Shown in pieces: positions 46,915-60,612 of a stretch of 64,000 nt of DNA; position 1 is the stretch's first letter, and each line of letters starts with the position of its first letter. The notes beneath the pieces are model-generated. The model saw only the letters and a list, made by a program, of their open reading frames with translations, had not been told where the DNA came from and did not search any database. Location of the stretch: the NCBI GenBank assembly GCA_002269645.1, contig NIVC01001968.1, positions 55,800 through 119,799 of the forward strand, written 5' to 3'. Made by a program: the position numbers and the translations under genes. Source of the stretch: Macrostomum lignano. Its lineage: Eukaryota.

Positions 46915-49690
46915 ATAACTGTCTGATCCCATATCTACTCATTCTAGTGTCTGATCTGATCTCTACTCATTCTAGTGACTGTCTGATCTGATCTCTACCC
47001 ATTCTAGTGACTGTCTGATCTCATCTCTACTCATTCTAGTGACTGTCTGATCTCATCTCTACTCATTCTAGTGACTGTCTGATCTCATCTCTACTCATTC
47101 TAGTGACTGTCTGATCTCATCTCTACTCATTCTAGTGACTGTCTGATCTGATCTCTACCCATTCTAGTGACTGTCTGATCTCATCTCTACTCATTCTAGT
47201 GACTGTCTGATCTGATCTCTACTCATTCTAGTGTCTGATCTGATCTCTACTCATTCTAGTGACTGTCTGATCTGATCTCTACCCATTCTAGTGACTGTCT
47301 GATCTCATCTCTACTCATTCTAGTGACTGTCTGATCTGATCTCTACTCATTCTAGTGACTGTCTGATCTCATCTCTACTCATTCTAGTGACTGTCTGATC
47401 TCATCTCTACTCATTCTAGTGACTGTCTGATCTCATCTCTACTCATTCTAGTGACTGTCTGATCTCATCTCTACTCATTCTAGTGACTGTCTGATCTCAT
47501 CTCTACTCATTCTAGTGACTGTCTGATCTCATCTCTACTCATTCTAGTGACTGTCTGATCTCATCTCTACCCATTCTAGTGACTGTCTGATCTCATCTCT
47601 ACCCATTCTAGTGACTGTCTGATCTCATCTCTACCCATTCTAGTGACTGTCTGATCTCATCTCTACCCATTCTAGTGACTGTCTGATCTCATCTCTACTC
47701 ATTCTAGTGACTGTCTGATCTGATCTCTACTCATTCTAGTGACTGTCTGATCTCATCTCTACTCATTCTAGTGACTGTCTGATCTGATCTCTACTCATTC
47801 TAGTGACTGTCTGATCTCATCTCTACCCATTCTAGTGACTGTCTGATCTCATCTCTACTCATTCTAGTGACTGTCTGATCTGATCTCTACCCATTCTAGT
47901 GACTGTCTGATCTGATCTCTACCCATTCTAGTGACTGTCTGATCTCATCTCTACTCATTCTAGTGACTGTCTGATCTCATCTCTACCCATTCTAGTGACT
48001 GTCTGATCTGATCTCTACTCATTCTAGTGACTGTCTGATCTCATCTCTACTCATTCTAGTGTCTGATCTGATCTCTACTCATTCTAGTGTCTGATCTGAT
48101 CTCTACTCATTCTAGTGTCTGATCTGATCTCTACTCATTCTAGTGTCTGATCTGATCTCTACTCATTCTAGTGTCTGATCTGATCTCTACTCATTCTAGT
48201 GTCTGATCTGATCTCATCTCTACTCATTCTAGTGACTGTCTGATCTGATCTCTACCCATTCTAGTGACTGTCTGATCTCATCTCTACTCATTCTAGTGAC
48301 TGTCTGATCTGATCTCTACTCATTCTAGTGTCTGATCTGATCTCATCTCTACTCATTCTAGTGACTGTCTGATCTGATCTCTACCCATTCTAGTGACTGT
48401 CTGATCTCATCTCTACTCATTCTAGTGACTGTCTGATCTGATCTCTACTCATTCTAGTGACTGTCTGATCTCATCTCTACCCATTCTAGTGACTGTCTGA
48501 TCTGATCTCTACTCATTCTAGTGACTGTCTGATCTGATCTCTACTCATTCTAGTGACTGTCTGATCTGATCTCTACTCATTCTAGTGACTGTCTGATCTC
48601 ATCTCTACTCATTCTAGTGTCTGATCTCATCTCTACTCATTCTAGTGTCTGATCTGATCTCTACTCATTCTAGTGTCTGATCTGATCTCTACTCATTCTA
48701 GTGTCTGATCTGATCTCTACTCATTCTAGTGACTGTCTGATCTCTACTCATTCTAGTGTCTGATCTGATCTCTACTCATTCTAGTGTCTGATCTCATCTC
48801 TACTCATTCTAGTGTCTGATCTGATCTCTACTCATTCTAGTGACTGTCTGATCTCATCTCTACTCATTCTAGTGACTGTCTGATCTCATCTCTACTCATT
48901 CTAGTGACTGTCTGATCTCATCTCTACTCATTCTAGTGACTGTCTGATCTCATCTCTACCCATTCTAGTGACTGTCTGATCTCATCTCTACTCATTCTAG
49001 TGTCTGATCTGATCTCTACTCATTCTAGTGACTGTCTGATCTCATCTCTACTCATTCTAGTGACTGTCTGATCTCATCTCTACTCATTCTAGTGACTGTC
49101 TGATCTCATCTCTACTCATTCTAGTGACTGTCTGATCTCATCTCTACCCATTCTAGTGACTGTCTGATCTGATCTCTACTCATTCTAGTGACTGTCTGAT
49201 CTGATCTCTACTCATTCTAGTGACTGTCTGATCTGATCTCTACTCATTCTAGTGACTGTCTAATCTCATCTCTACTCATTCTAGTGACTGTCTGATCTCA
49301 TCTCTACCCATTCTAGTGACTGTCTGATCTGATCTCTACTCATTCTAGTGACTGTCTGATCTGATCTCTACTCATTCTAGTGACTGTCTGATCTGATCTC
49401 TACTCATTCTAGTGACTGTCTGATCTCATTTCTACTCATTCTAGTGACTGTCTGATCTCATCTCTACTCATTCTAGTCACTGTCTGATCTCATCTCTACT
49501 CATTCTAGTGACTGATCTGATCTCATCTCTACTCATTCTAGTGACTGTCTGATCTCATCTCTACTCATTCTAGTGACTGTCTAATCTCATCTCTACTCAT
49601 TCTAGTGACTGTCTGATCTCATCTCTACTCATTCTAGTGACTGATCTCATCTCTACTCATTCTAGTTGTCTGATGTATTCTCTACTCATT
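46915..49690. repeat. 32-bp (28-bp variant) minisatellite (GACTGTCTGATCT[C/G]ATCTCTACTCATTCTAGT)n, largest array in the window
   Basis: Period 32 (47041, 47073). Confidence 0.98.
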
Positions 49691-50559
49691 CTAGTGTAGT
49701 CTTACTAATTTTGAGAACTTGAGCAGACAGAACTGCAGTGCAGATGCCCAGTCTCTCGCCATCACTTCTCTCCCAGACTCACTTTCATCACCCTGGTCTC
49801 TAATGGGCGCTCTAGCCCACCCACTGCATCATGAGTTTACCCGCCTTTCACTTTGCAAGCATGTTGTTTTGCTTGAATTCAAACATTCAAAACTCCAATG
49901 CCAACGCACTCAGTCCGAACCCTGTATTATTGCCCTTCTCCTATCTTCTGCTTTTTGTTCTCTGCTCAAATTTCCTGCTCAGCGGGGCAGCAGCAGCTCC
50001 TTTGCCTTGCAATCAGCTCTGCAAGCTCGACTAGTTATCTGTCTTTATCTCTCTCGCGCCCCCTGTGCCGTGTGCATAATTAAGCAAGAAAGAAAATTGA
50101 ATTTTCGGCTGGGCAAAAAAAGTGGCCATGCGAGTTGCTGCTCTGCGCTACTCTGCTCTGCTCTAGTCTCAGAGTAGATTTTGTCACGAACCTTGAGCTG
50201 TAAATTTGAGATGAACAGCTGGAGTGAGAGATCGGGTTGGCGGGTTTACCAGTAAACGAGTACGTGGGGCCACTGCAGTGAGCACAAGGGCTGCAGAGAC
50301 ACTTTTATGGCTGGCTTTTGCTTGGAGAATTGCCAATTCAATGGGTATAATAGCTCACAGGCAAAGGGAATGTAATTAGTTAAATATTGCAGGTCATTTC
50401 TTCACACTGTGCAAAGCTGTTTGTTGGGGGTAATTCCCTGTTTAATGTGAAATGGAACCTGTTAAAATGAAGATCACTATCTTGTTAAACAGGTCACTCT
50501 TTAGATTTGTGAATGCTCACTCCCTGTTTCACGTTACTTTCTTGGTTTGAAGGTCACTA

Positions 50560-51630
50560 TCGAAGTGTGAAGGTCACTATAGAAATGTGAAGGCCAATCT
50601 GTAAGTGTGAAAGTCACTATAGAAATGTGAAGGCCAATCTGTAAGTGTGAAAGTCACTATAGAAATGTGAAGGCCAATCTGTAAGTGTGAAAGTCACTAT
50701 AGAAATGTGAAGGCCAATCTGTAAGTGTGAAAGTCACTATAGAAATGTGAAGGCCAATCTGTAAGTGTGAAAGTCACTATAGAAATGTGAAGGCCACTCT
50801 GTAAGTGTGAAAGTCACTATAGAAATGTGAAAGTCAGTCTATAGTGTGAAGGTCAGTCTATAGTGTGAAGGTCAGTCTATAGTGTGAAGGTCAGTCTATA
50901 GTGTGAAGGTCAGTCTATAGTGTGAAGGTCAGTCTATAGTGTGAAGGTCAGTCTATAGTGTGAAGGTCAGTCTATAGTGTGAAGGTCAGTCTATAGTGTG
51001 AAGGTCAGTCTATAGTGTGAAGGTCAGTCTATAGTGTGAAGGTCAGTCTATAGTGTGAAGGTCAGTCTATAGTGTGAAGGTCAGTCTATAGTGTGAAGGT
51101 CAGTCTATAGTGTGAAGGTCAGTCTATAGTGTGAAGGTCAGTCTATAGTGTGAAGGTCAGTCTATAGTGTGAAGGTCAGTCTATAGTGTGAAGGTCAGTC
51201 TATAGTGTGAAGGTCAGTCTATAGCGTGAAGGTCAGTCTATAGTGTGAAGGTCAGTCTATAGTGTGAAGGTCAGTCTATAGTGTGAAGGTCAGTCTATAG
51301 TGTGAAGGTCAGTCTATAGTGTGAAGGTCAGTCTATAGTGTGAAGGTCAGTCTATAGTGTGAAGGTCAGTCTATAGTGTGAAGGTCAGTCTATAGTGTGA
51401 AGGTCAGTCTATAGTGTGAAGGTCAGTCTATAGTGTGAAGGTCAGTCTATAGTGTGAAGGTCAGTCTATAGTGTGAAGGTCAGTCTATAGCGTGAAGGTC
51501 AGTCTATAGTGTGAAAGTCAGTCTATAGTGTGAAGGTCAGTCTATAGTGTGAAGGTCAGTCTATAGTGTGAAGGTCAGTCTATAGTGTGAAGGCCACTCT
51601 GTAAGTGTGAAAGTCACTATAAAAGTGACT
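50560..51630. repeat. Compound array: 40-bp unit, then 19-bp unit (AGTGTGAAGGTCAGTCTAT)n, then 40-bp remnant
   Basis: Period 40 at 50581/50621; period 19 at 50881/50900; 40-mer remnant at ~51590. Confidence 0.96.
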
Positions 51631-52074
51631 ATCTATCTGGCAGCCCCTTATCAGTTATTACTGCTCAACTACTAAGAGTTCAGACCTTCAAAGCAACTAC
51701 GAGCTAAAAAACCAGGCACTTCTATCCAACTGGCAAATTTCCAGGAAGTCTCCCATCTTTTTGACTTTCTCAGCATCATCTGATGCTAAAAATATCTCAA
51801 GTGCCCCCGTACTCCAGCCCACGCGTTTCTAACGGAACTCTTCATTTGTTATCTGCAGCAAAAAACTCCCTCTGCTGGCATCCTTTCAGCAGCTGGGTTA
51901 TTCCTCCTCCTGTGAGTCTGTATTTACATCCCAAGCACTCCCGCCCACTCACAGCCCCGCGCTTCCTGACCCGGATGAAGGCGTCCGTACTGAGCCAAGG
52001 AGACCGATTAGATAAGGATCTGGACTTGATCCAGCTCTGGCCCAAACACTGATTCTCCATAGCTGTACTCACTC

Positions 52075-52920
52075 TTAGAGGGGGTGATTCTTAGAGGGGC
52101 GATTCTTAGAAATATAATTCTTAGAGGGACGATTCTTAGAAATACGATTCTTAGAGGGACGATTCTCAAAGGGGTGATTATTAAAGGAGCGATTCTGAGA
52201 GGGCGATTCTTAGAAAGGTAATTCTCAGAGGGGCGATTCTTAGAGGGGCGATTCTTAGTGGGGAGATTCTTAGAGGGCGATTCTCAGAGGGAGATTCTTA
52301 GAGGGGCGATTCTTGGAGGGAAGATTCTTAGAGGGGAGATTCTTAGAGGGGCGATTCTTAGGGGGCAATTCTTAGAGGGCGATTCTTAGAGGGGAGATTC
52401 TTAGAAGGGAGATTCTTAGAGGGGAGATTCTTAGAGGGGCGGTTCTGAGAGGGCGATTCTTAGAGGGGAGATTCTTAGAAGGGAGATTCTTAGAGGGGAG
52501 ATTCTTAGAGGGGCGATTCTTGGAGGGGCGATTCTTAGAGGGCGATTCTTAGAGGGGAGATTCTTAGAAGGGAGATTCTTAGAGGGGAGATTCTTAGAGG
52601 GGAGATTCTTAGAGGGGAGATTCTTAGAGGGGAGATTCTTAGAGGGGCAGTTCTGAGAGGGCGATTCTTAGAGGGGAGATTCTTAGAAGGGAGATTCTTA
52701 GAGGGGAGATTCTTAGAGGGGCGATTCTTGGAGGGGCGATTCTTAGAGGGCGATTCTTAGAGGGGCGGTTCTGAGAGGGACGATTCTTGGAGGGGCGATT
52801 CTTAGAGGGGCGATTCTGAGAGGGGCGATTCTTAGAGGGGCGATTCTTAGAGGGCGATTCTTAGAAAGAGGACGTTCCTTAGAAAGGCGATTAACAATAG
52901 GGCGATTCTCAGAGGGGTTT
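52075..52920 (+). repeat. 14/15-bp satellite (GATTCTTAGAGGGGC)n, array 1
   Basis: Direct reading. Confidence 0.95.
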
Positions 52921-53238
52921 AAGCTTCAAAACTTTTCAGTGGTGAAAATTTCAATGGCCCCAATCCAGCCATCCATAGCACTCCCTGGCCTCATTATAGC
53001 TGTTTTGATTGCAGTTGATTTCCCATATGGGAAACACAGGTTGTAAATATTTTCATCTGAAATGGCAACAACAGCTCTTGGATAAATGTGTCTCTGTTTG
53101 GGTGATTAGGGGGCTTGCACTTCATCATTTTACTTCCTGTGATAAGCTAAACAAGTTTTTTGCAAGACTGGAGAAGCGAAAAATTTGCGATACTGCATTA
53201 ATTCTGATGCAGCATTCCTTTAAAATTACAGTTTTCTA

Positions 53239-54085
53239 ACTGAGAATCGCCCCTCTAAGAATCATTTTTCTAAGAATTGACTCTCTAAGAATCGCCTTTG
53301 TAAGAATCGCCCCTCTCAGAATCGCCCCTCTCAGAATCGCTCCTCTAAGAATCTCCCCTTTAAGAATCTCCCCTCTAAGAATCTCCCCTCTAAGAATCTC
53401 TCCTCTAAGATTCTCCCCTCTAAGAATCGCCCCTCTAAGAATTGTCCCTCCCAATAATCGCCCCTCTGAGAATCGCACCTTTAAGAATCGCCGTCTAAGA
53501 ATCGCCCTTCCAAGAATCGCCCCTCTAAGAATCGCCCTCTAAGAATCGCTCCTCTAAGAATCGCCCTCTAAGAATCGCCCCCTAAGAATCGCCCTCTAAG
53601 AATCGCCCCTCTAAGAATCGCCCCCTAAGAATCGCCCTCTAAGAATCGCCCTCTAAGAATCGCCCTCTAAGAATCGCCCCTCTAAGAATCGCCCCCTAAG
53701 AATCGCCGTCTAAGAATCGCCCCTCTGAGAATCGCCCCTCTAAGAATCGTCCTTTAAGAATCGCCCCTCTAAGAATCGCCCCCTAAGAATCGCCCTCTAA
53801 AAATCGCACCCCTAAGAATCGCCGTCTAAGAATCGCCCCTCTAAGAATCGCCCTTTAAGAATCGCCCCTCTAAGAATCGCCCCCTTAGAATCGCCCTCTA
53901 AGAATCGCACCCCTAAGAATCGCCGTCTAAGAATCGCCCCTCTAAGAATCGCCCCTCTAAGAATCGCCCCCTAAGAATCGCCCTCTAAGAATCGCCCCCC
54001 TAAGAATCACCTCTCTAAGAATCACCCCTCTAAGAAACACCCTCTAAGAATCACCCTCTAAAAATCGCCCCTCTAAGATTCTCCC
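53239..54085 (-). repeat. Same 14/15-bp satellite inverted (GCCCCTCTAAGAATC)n, array 2
   Basis: Reverse complement of the array 1 unit. Confidence 0.95.
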
Positions 54086-54497
54086 TGACGAAAGCGCAAC
54101 CTGAATGGAAGCCAGTCCGAACACAAAAGTTCATAGATGCGAACACGAGGCAACTCGAAACTGGCACCCTGCAGAGTTGGCCTGCATTTCCTAAAAGCAG
54201 ATCGCAACTGATTTGCAAACAGCTGCACAGAATCTGCAGCACACAGAGACCCAGTTGTCAGCCATTTCCACAAGTCAGTGCAGGCATTTCCATACAGCAG
54301 TTCCCACGCTTTTGTGCTTAGCGAAGGTTGCAGAGAAATGCAGTGTAGTACAAAATTGGAGATTAGCAATTACATACTGAGCAAGTGGCTGTAGCAAATG
54401 TACTTTTAAATCTTGTTTAGATTATGCTTACAAGTCTTGTGAAGAAATAGTTCAATTTCAATGTTGAAACATGATTTTGATGTAGAGTCAAAGTAAG

Positions 54498-55392
54498 ACG
54501 GGCGATTCTTAGAGGTGTTTCGTTGAAGGGAGATTCTTAGAGGCGATTCTTAGAGGGCCATTCTCAGAGGGGCGATTCTTAGACGGCGATTCTTAGGGGT
54601 GCGATTCTTAGAGGGGCGATTCTTAGGGGTGCGATTCTTAGAGGGGTGATTCTTAGGGGGCGATTCTTAGAGGGGTGATTCTTAGGGGGCGATTCTTAGA
54701 GGGGAGATTCTTAAAGGGCAATATTTAAAGGGGCGATTCTTAGAGGGCGATATTTAATGGCCTTAGAGGGGCGATTCTTAGAGGGGTGATTCTTAGAGGG
54801 GCGATTCTTAGAGGGTGATTCTTAGAGGGCGATATTTAAAGAGGCGATTCTCAGAGGGGCGATTCCTAGAGTGGTGTTTCGTTGAAGAGAGATTCTTAGA
54901 GGGGCGATTCTTAGAGGGTGATTCTTAGGGGGCGATTCTTAGAGGGGAGATTCTTAAAGGGCAATATTTAAAGGGGCGATTCTTAGAGGAGCGACTCTCA
55001 GAGGGGCGATTCTTAGAGGGCGATATTTAATGGCCTTAGAGGGGCGATTCTTAGAGGGGTGATTCTTAGAGGGGCGATTCTTAGAGGGTGATTCTTAGAG
55101 GGCGATATTTAAAGAGGCGATTCTCAGAGGGGCGATTCCTAGAGTGGTGTTTCGTTGAAGAGAGATTCTTAGAGGGGCGATTCTTAGAGGGTGATTCTTA
55201 GAGGGGCGATTCTTAGAGGGGTGATTCTTAGTCGGGCGATATTTAAAGGGGCGATACTTAGAGGGGCGATTCTTAGAGGGCGATTCTCAGAGGGGCGATT
55301 TTTAGAGGGGCAATTCTTAAAGGGGCGATTCTTAGAGGGGCGATTCTTAGAGGGGCGATTCTTAGAGGGGCGATTCTCCGATGGGGATTCCA
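54498..55392 (+). repeat. Same 14/15-bp satellite, array 3, with ~250-270-bp higher-order duplication
   Basis: TTAAAGGGCAATATTTAAAGG at 54711 and 54954; GTGGTGTTTCGTTGAAG at ~54870 and ~55143. Confidence 0.93.
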
Positions 55393-55989
55393 AGAAATGA
55401 ATTTTGATTCATAAATAAATACTTAAATATTTTCCGAGATGAGAAAACATTGCGCAAGTGATTACATACTTATTACCAACCAGCCCATAGCTCGCACGCA
55501 GCTGATAGCATACTGTATCGAAGGCTTTCCCACGCTCTGATAGAAGAACCAAAATTATATTTTTTACTTATTTGTTGCCTTTGATGCCATGCAAGCTCAA
55601 TAATAGTTTGAAAAACATCCATGCAAGGAAAAAGTGCTTTTTCTATTTCGTCATTCGGTACTCTTATTTGCTGATTTTAGTATAATTTTATTGAAAATGT
55701 GCACTGCACTACTTATTTCAGTAGAGAATTATGAATGCAAAAGACAGGATATAAAAAACCGAGATTAAGCATGTTCCCTTTTTAAACGGATTCAAGCCTA
55801 CATTTTGAGGATGTTATATGCTTTAGATGCTACTCTTAGTGAAAGCAAGTACCCTAGAGTGATTTTTGCTCTTAAAATTACTTTAAAAATTATAAAAAAC
55901 TTGACACATTTTTTGTACTTGATTAGAAGAGAAGTAGACTGCGGTACACAGAAATATAAGAGAGGTAGACTGGATAGACAGCCAAATGG

Positions 55990-56930
55990 AGAGGTAGACA
56001 GGAACTGAGACAAAAATGTGGACAGGGACTGAGAAGTAGACAGGAACTGAGAAGTAGACAGGAACTGAGAAGTAGACAGGAACTGAGAAGTAGACAGGGA
56101 CTGAGAAGTAGACAGGAACTGAGAAGTAGACAGGGACTGAGAAGTAGACAGGAACTGAGAAGTAGACAGGAACTGAGAAGTAGACAGGGACTGAGAAGTT
56201 GACAGGGACTGAGAAGTAGACAGGAACTGAAAAGTAGACAGGAACTGAGAAGTAGACAGGGACTGAGAAGTAGACAAGGACTGAAAAGTAGACTGGAACT
56301 GAGAAGTAGACAGGGACTGGGAAGTAGACAGGGACTGAGAAGTAGACAGGAACTGAGAAGTAGACAGGGACTGAGAAGTAGGCAGGGACTGAGACAAAAA
56401 TGTGGACAGGGACTGAGAAGTAGACAGGGACTGAGAAGTAGACAGGAACAGAAAAGTAGACAGGAACAGAGAATTAGTCAGAGGCTGAGAAGTGGAAAGG
56501 GACTGAGAAGTAGACAGGGACTGAGAAGTAGACAGGGGCTGAAAAGTAGACAGGAACTGAGAAGTAGACAGGGACTGAGAAGTAGACAGGAACTGAGAAG
56601 TAGACAGGGACTGAGAAGTAGACAGGGACTGAGAAGTAGACAGGGACTGAGAAGTAGACAGGAACTGAGAAGTAGACAGGAACTGAGAAGTAGACAAGGA
56701 CTGAAAAGTAGACAGGAACTGAGAAGTAGACAGGAACTGAGAAGTAGACAGGGGCTGAGAAGTAGACAGAGACTGAGAAGTAGACAGGGACTGAGAAGTA
56801 GACAGGAACTGAGAAGTAGACAGGAACTGAGAAGTAGACAGGAACTGAGAAGTAGACAGGAACTGAGAAGTAGACAGGAACTGAGAAGTAGACAGGGACT
56901 GAGAAGTAGACAGAGACTGAAGAGTAGACA
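55990..56930. repeat. 18-bp minisatellite (G[A/G]ACTGAGAAGTAGACAG)n
   Basis: Direct reading; spurious STSQFL ORF. Confidence 0.96.
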
Positions 56931-57931
56931 AGAGAGAGAATGGCAAAGTGAGATTCAAGGCAGGTATTAAGCAGAATCGAGGCCCACACAGAATGAGCAG
57001 AGGGGCAGGGGGCAGATGAGCAGTCAGTGAACCGAATGGGACTCAGGCAGGATCTGAAGCTCTCGGAGCAATCTATCTGGATGGCTGGCAGTTGCAGCGG
57101 GGGGGGGTTTGGAACTCGTCAAAAATTGGCTAGTCATCAGGGAGGCAGTCAGCAGAGCCACCCCGCTCCCCAACCCCCCTCCTCCGCGGCAGGAGCAGCA
57201 AGCTGCTCATCAAAGATCGACTCAGATCGATGCCGAAGATAGTTCCCAGCCTCCGGGCCTTCATCCGTATCCTTACTTAGCTGGCCTTGAGTTCAACAAT
57301 GCATATGAAAAGAGTCTGATGGTTGCCGGGGGGAGGGGCTTGGAGCTGATGAGAAGTCAGCCAAGAGCTTCGAGTCGACAACTTGAAGGGAGATTAAGGT
57401 TTGAGAGAGACTTAGCTGCACCGAATAGTTTAATGATGCCCGGTTGCTAGGGGAGGGGGGGGTTCGGCCCTCAGACAGGTATTAACCTGGGATTTCTTTA
57501 ACTATCACTGGTCTGATTTGAAGACAGTCGGTCCCCTCTTACTCAAGCTCTCGAATCTACCCCACCAAGCCTGATATCGAAGTTCGAGTCCGTTGCAAAA
57601 CCCGATTAGCATTTTACAATGCTGCCACAAGGCAGACACCAAGGACTTGATTGCCTAAACACATTAATAATCTTTAGTGCACCGGAGAGCTTTCAGTTTT
57701 CGTTTGTTAATTTCGTGCGGTCTGGCTGGCTATCAATAAATCAAAGCACGCTTTTTTCTAGTACCTTTTCGCTGCATAAGGGCTGCAAAAGTGAAAATGC
57801 CAATAGAGCTGAGCCCCCGGGTGACCTGGATTCTATTTTAACAAAACAAACTGCAAAAGCAAACTACGCAGCAAAGCGAAACAAAAAAGCAGAAGAAGAA
57901 GCATGATGAAGATGCACAGGTAGGAACTCAC

Positions 57932-58050
57932 CTTGATGCGGTTGCAGCCTTGGCATGGTCAGGACTCCTTTGACTCGAGAAGCTCACCCGCTTCCACCGA
58001 GCCACTGCAGAGACTGGACGCTCGTTGAGCTCGCTGGCTTTATTTATATA
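57932..58050 (-). promoter_or_regulatory. Putative TATA promoter and first exon of an unidentified minus-strand gene (MPRLQPHQ-)
   Basis: TATATAAATA at 58050-58041; Inr-like CCAGTC at ~58015; first ATG at 57956; donor AAG|GTGAGT at 57931. Confidence 0.45.
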
Positions 58051-58674
58051 CGGTAGGTGGCGCCTCGGACTGCGGAGCCTCATATGAATTTGAAATGAGC
58101 GAAGGACACACACACACAGACACACGCTCGCACTGAGAGCTGAGCTGAGCGCATCAGGAGGGGCGCCAGCAGCTGAAGGCTTTTGAATATTCACCAATAT
58201 TCCCTGGGCCGTCATGAATATGGAAGAGGCATTAGAATAATAATGAGAGAGAAAGGAGAGCAGAGCGGACAGTGAGGGGTCTGCGAAAGTCCTCCTCTGC
58301 TGCAGAGCAGAGTGGCTCCAGCAGGCGAGTGGCGCATTGCGTGTCAGCCTGTCTTGTCTGCCGCTTCTGGTGGGTGGCCGTCGGGAAAGTTCTTTGCATG
58401 ACGGCAAATCTTCACGGCTATATGATGAGCTGGACTATTTGCATACAGACTAACGGGAGCTGCATGCTCACAGGGACTCCTCTAGCAGCATTGATCTCCC
58501 CAGTCTCTTGAGTTTGTTTGACTATGCCCTGTTGACTCTGCTAGCTAAGTCTTGTAGGAGCAACACAGAGGCCTGCAAATTGCTTCGATTCGAATTCTCA
58601 GCTGCCAAGTTATTGATTTCCTCGGATGTGAAGTTGTTAGGCCGGACATTGCTCAGCGCTATTGAGGGGGCAGT

Positions 58675-59510
58675 GTGACTCATCTGAGTTATTGGAATCT
58701 GACTTGGGGGTGGTGGCATCTGACTCAGGGGTGTTGGAATTTGACTCAGGGGTGTTGGAATCTGACTTAGGGGTGTTCGAATCTGACTCAGGGGTATTGG
58801 AATTTGACTCAGGGGTGTTGGAATTTGACTCAGGGGTGTTGGAATTTGACTCAGGGGTATTGGAATTTGACTCAGGGGTGTTGGAATTTGACTCAGGGGT
58901 ATTGGAATCTGACTCAGGGGTGTTGGAATCTGACTCAGGGGTGTTGGAATCTGACTCAGGGGTGTTGGAATCTGACTCAGGGGTAATGGAATCTGACTCA
59001 GGGGTGTTGGAATCTGACTCAGGGGTGGTGGAATCTGACTCAAGGGTGTTGTAATCTGACACAGGCGGATAACTGACACAGGCGGATAACTGACACAGGC
59101 GGATAACTGACACAGGTGGATAACTGACACAGGTGGATAACTGACACAGGCGGATAACTGACACAGGTGGATAACTGACACAGGCGGATAACTGACACAG
59201 GTGGATAACTGACACAGGCGGATAACTGACACAGGTGGATAACTGACACAGGCGGATAACTGACACAGGCGGATAACTGACACAGGTGGATAACTGACAC
59301 AGGTGGATAACTGACACAGGCGGATAACTGACACAGGTGGATAACTGACACAGGTGGATAACTGACACAGGTGGATAACTGACACAGGCGGATAACTGAC
59401 ACAGGTGGATAACTGACACAGGCGGATAACTGACACAGGTGGATAACTGACACAGGTGGATTACTGACACAGGTGGATAACTGACACAGGTAGATAGCTG
59501 ACACAGGTGA
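58675..59510. repeat. Two abutting minisatellites: 21-bp (GACTCAGGGGTGTTGGAAT[C/T]T)n then 17-bp (ACTGACACAGG[C/T]GGATA)n
   Basis: Direct reading; junction at ~59050. Confidence 0.96.
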
Positions 59511-59944
59511 AGAATTACTGCAGAAAAGCTTATTCACTCAACTCTCATTTCAAATCCCAACTTCAGCTTTCTCAGAAAGTCAACTCAAGAGGAAGCAGCG
59601 GCGGCTCAACAGTGGAGCGGAACGTGATAGAGCATTAATAATTGGGGAAGAGACTCCGGATCCTCCTGGGAGATTAGGGATTAGCGGAACAGGAAAGGCA
59701 AGAGCGGATTACGGGGACTGGAGCGGGCAGGAAGCAGATCCACCAGTCAAATTTGATAAGAAATCTTTGTACGGAAAGAGAACCGCGCCTTTTGAAAATG
59801 TTGAAGTCATTCAAAGCATGACAAGGGTCCGGTGTTTGCCCGAGACAATCAGCTGAGGATCAGACAAGACCTCAGGCATTCGTGCACTGTAGGGGTAAAA
59901 ATCTCATAATGGAATCTTCTTCGTGACATCTGTGTAGCCCAACT

Positions 59945-60612
59945 CGAAATCTGGAAAGTGGCACGCCATCATTGACACCCGAAAAGTGGCACGCCATTAT
60001 TGACACCCGAAAAGTGGCACGCCATTATTGACACCCGAAAAGTGGCATGCCATTATTGACACCCGAAAAGTGGCATGCCATTATTGACAACTGAAAAGTG
60101 GCTCGCCATTATTGACAACCGAAAAGTGGCACGACATTAATGACAACCGAAAAGTGGCACGACATTAATGACGCTCGAGAAGTGGCACGACATTAATGAC
60201 GCTCGAAAAGTGGCACGACATTAATGACGCTCGAAAAGTGGCACGACATTAATGACGCTCGAAAAGTGGCACGACATTAATGACACCCGAAAAGTGGCAC
60301 GACATTAATGACGCTCGAAAAGTGGCACGACATTAATGACGCTCGAAAAGTGGCACGACATTAATGACGCTCGAAAAGTGGCACGACATTAATGACACCC
60401 GAAAAGTGGCACGACATTAATGACGCTCGAAAAGTGGCACGACATTAATGACGCTCGAAAAGTGGCACGACATTAATGACAACCGAAAAGTGGCACGACA
60501 TTAATGACGCTCGAAAAGTGGCACGACATTAATGACAACCGAAAAGTGGCACGACATTAATGACACCCGAAAAGTGGCACGACATTATTGACACCCGGAT
60601 AGTGGCACGCAA
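59945..60612. repeat. 28-bp minisatellite (GACACCCGAAAAGTGGCACG[C/A]CATTA[T/A]T)n
   Basis: Direct reading. Confidence 0.96.

Noticed and set aside
51780-52060. GC-richer island with DRLDKDLDLIQLW, faintly like CR1/L2 RT; likewise SESFRSCLSPIRF on the minus strand at ~57.0-57.1 kb
   Set aside because: Too short and degenerate to call by eye; no YADD or other RT motif. A TBLASTN/HMM search would be needed.
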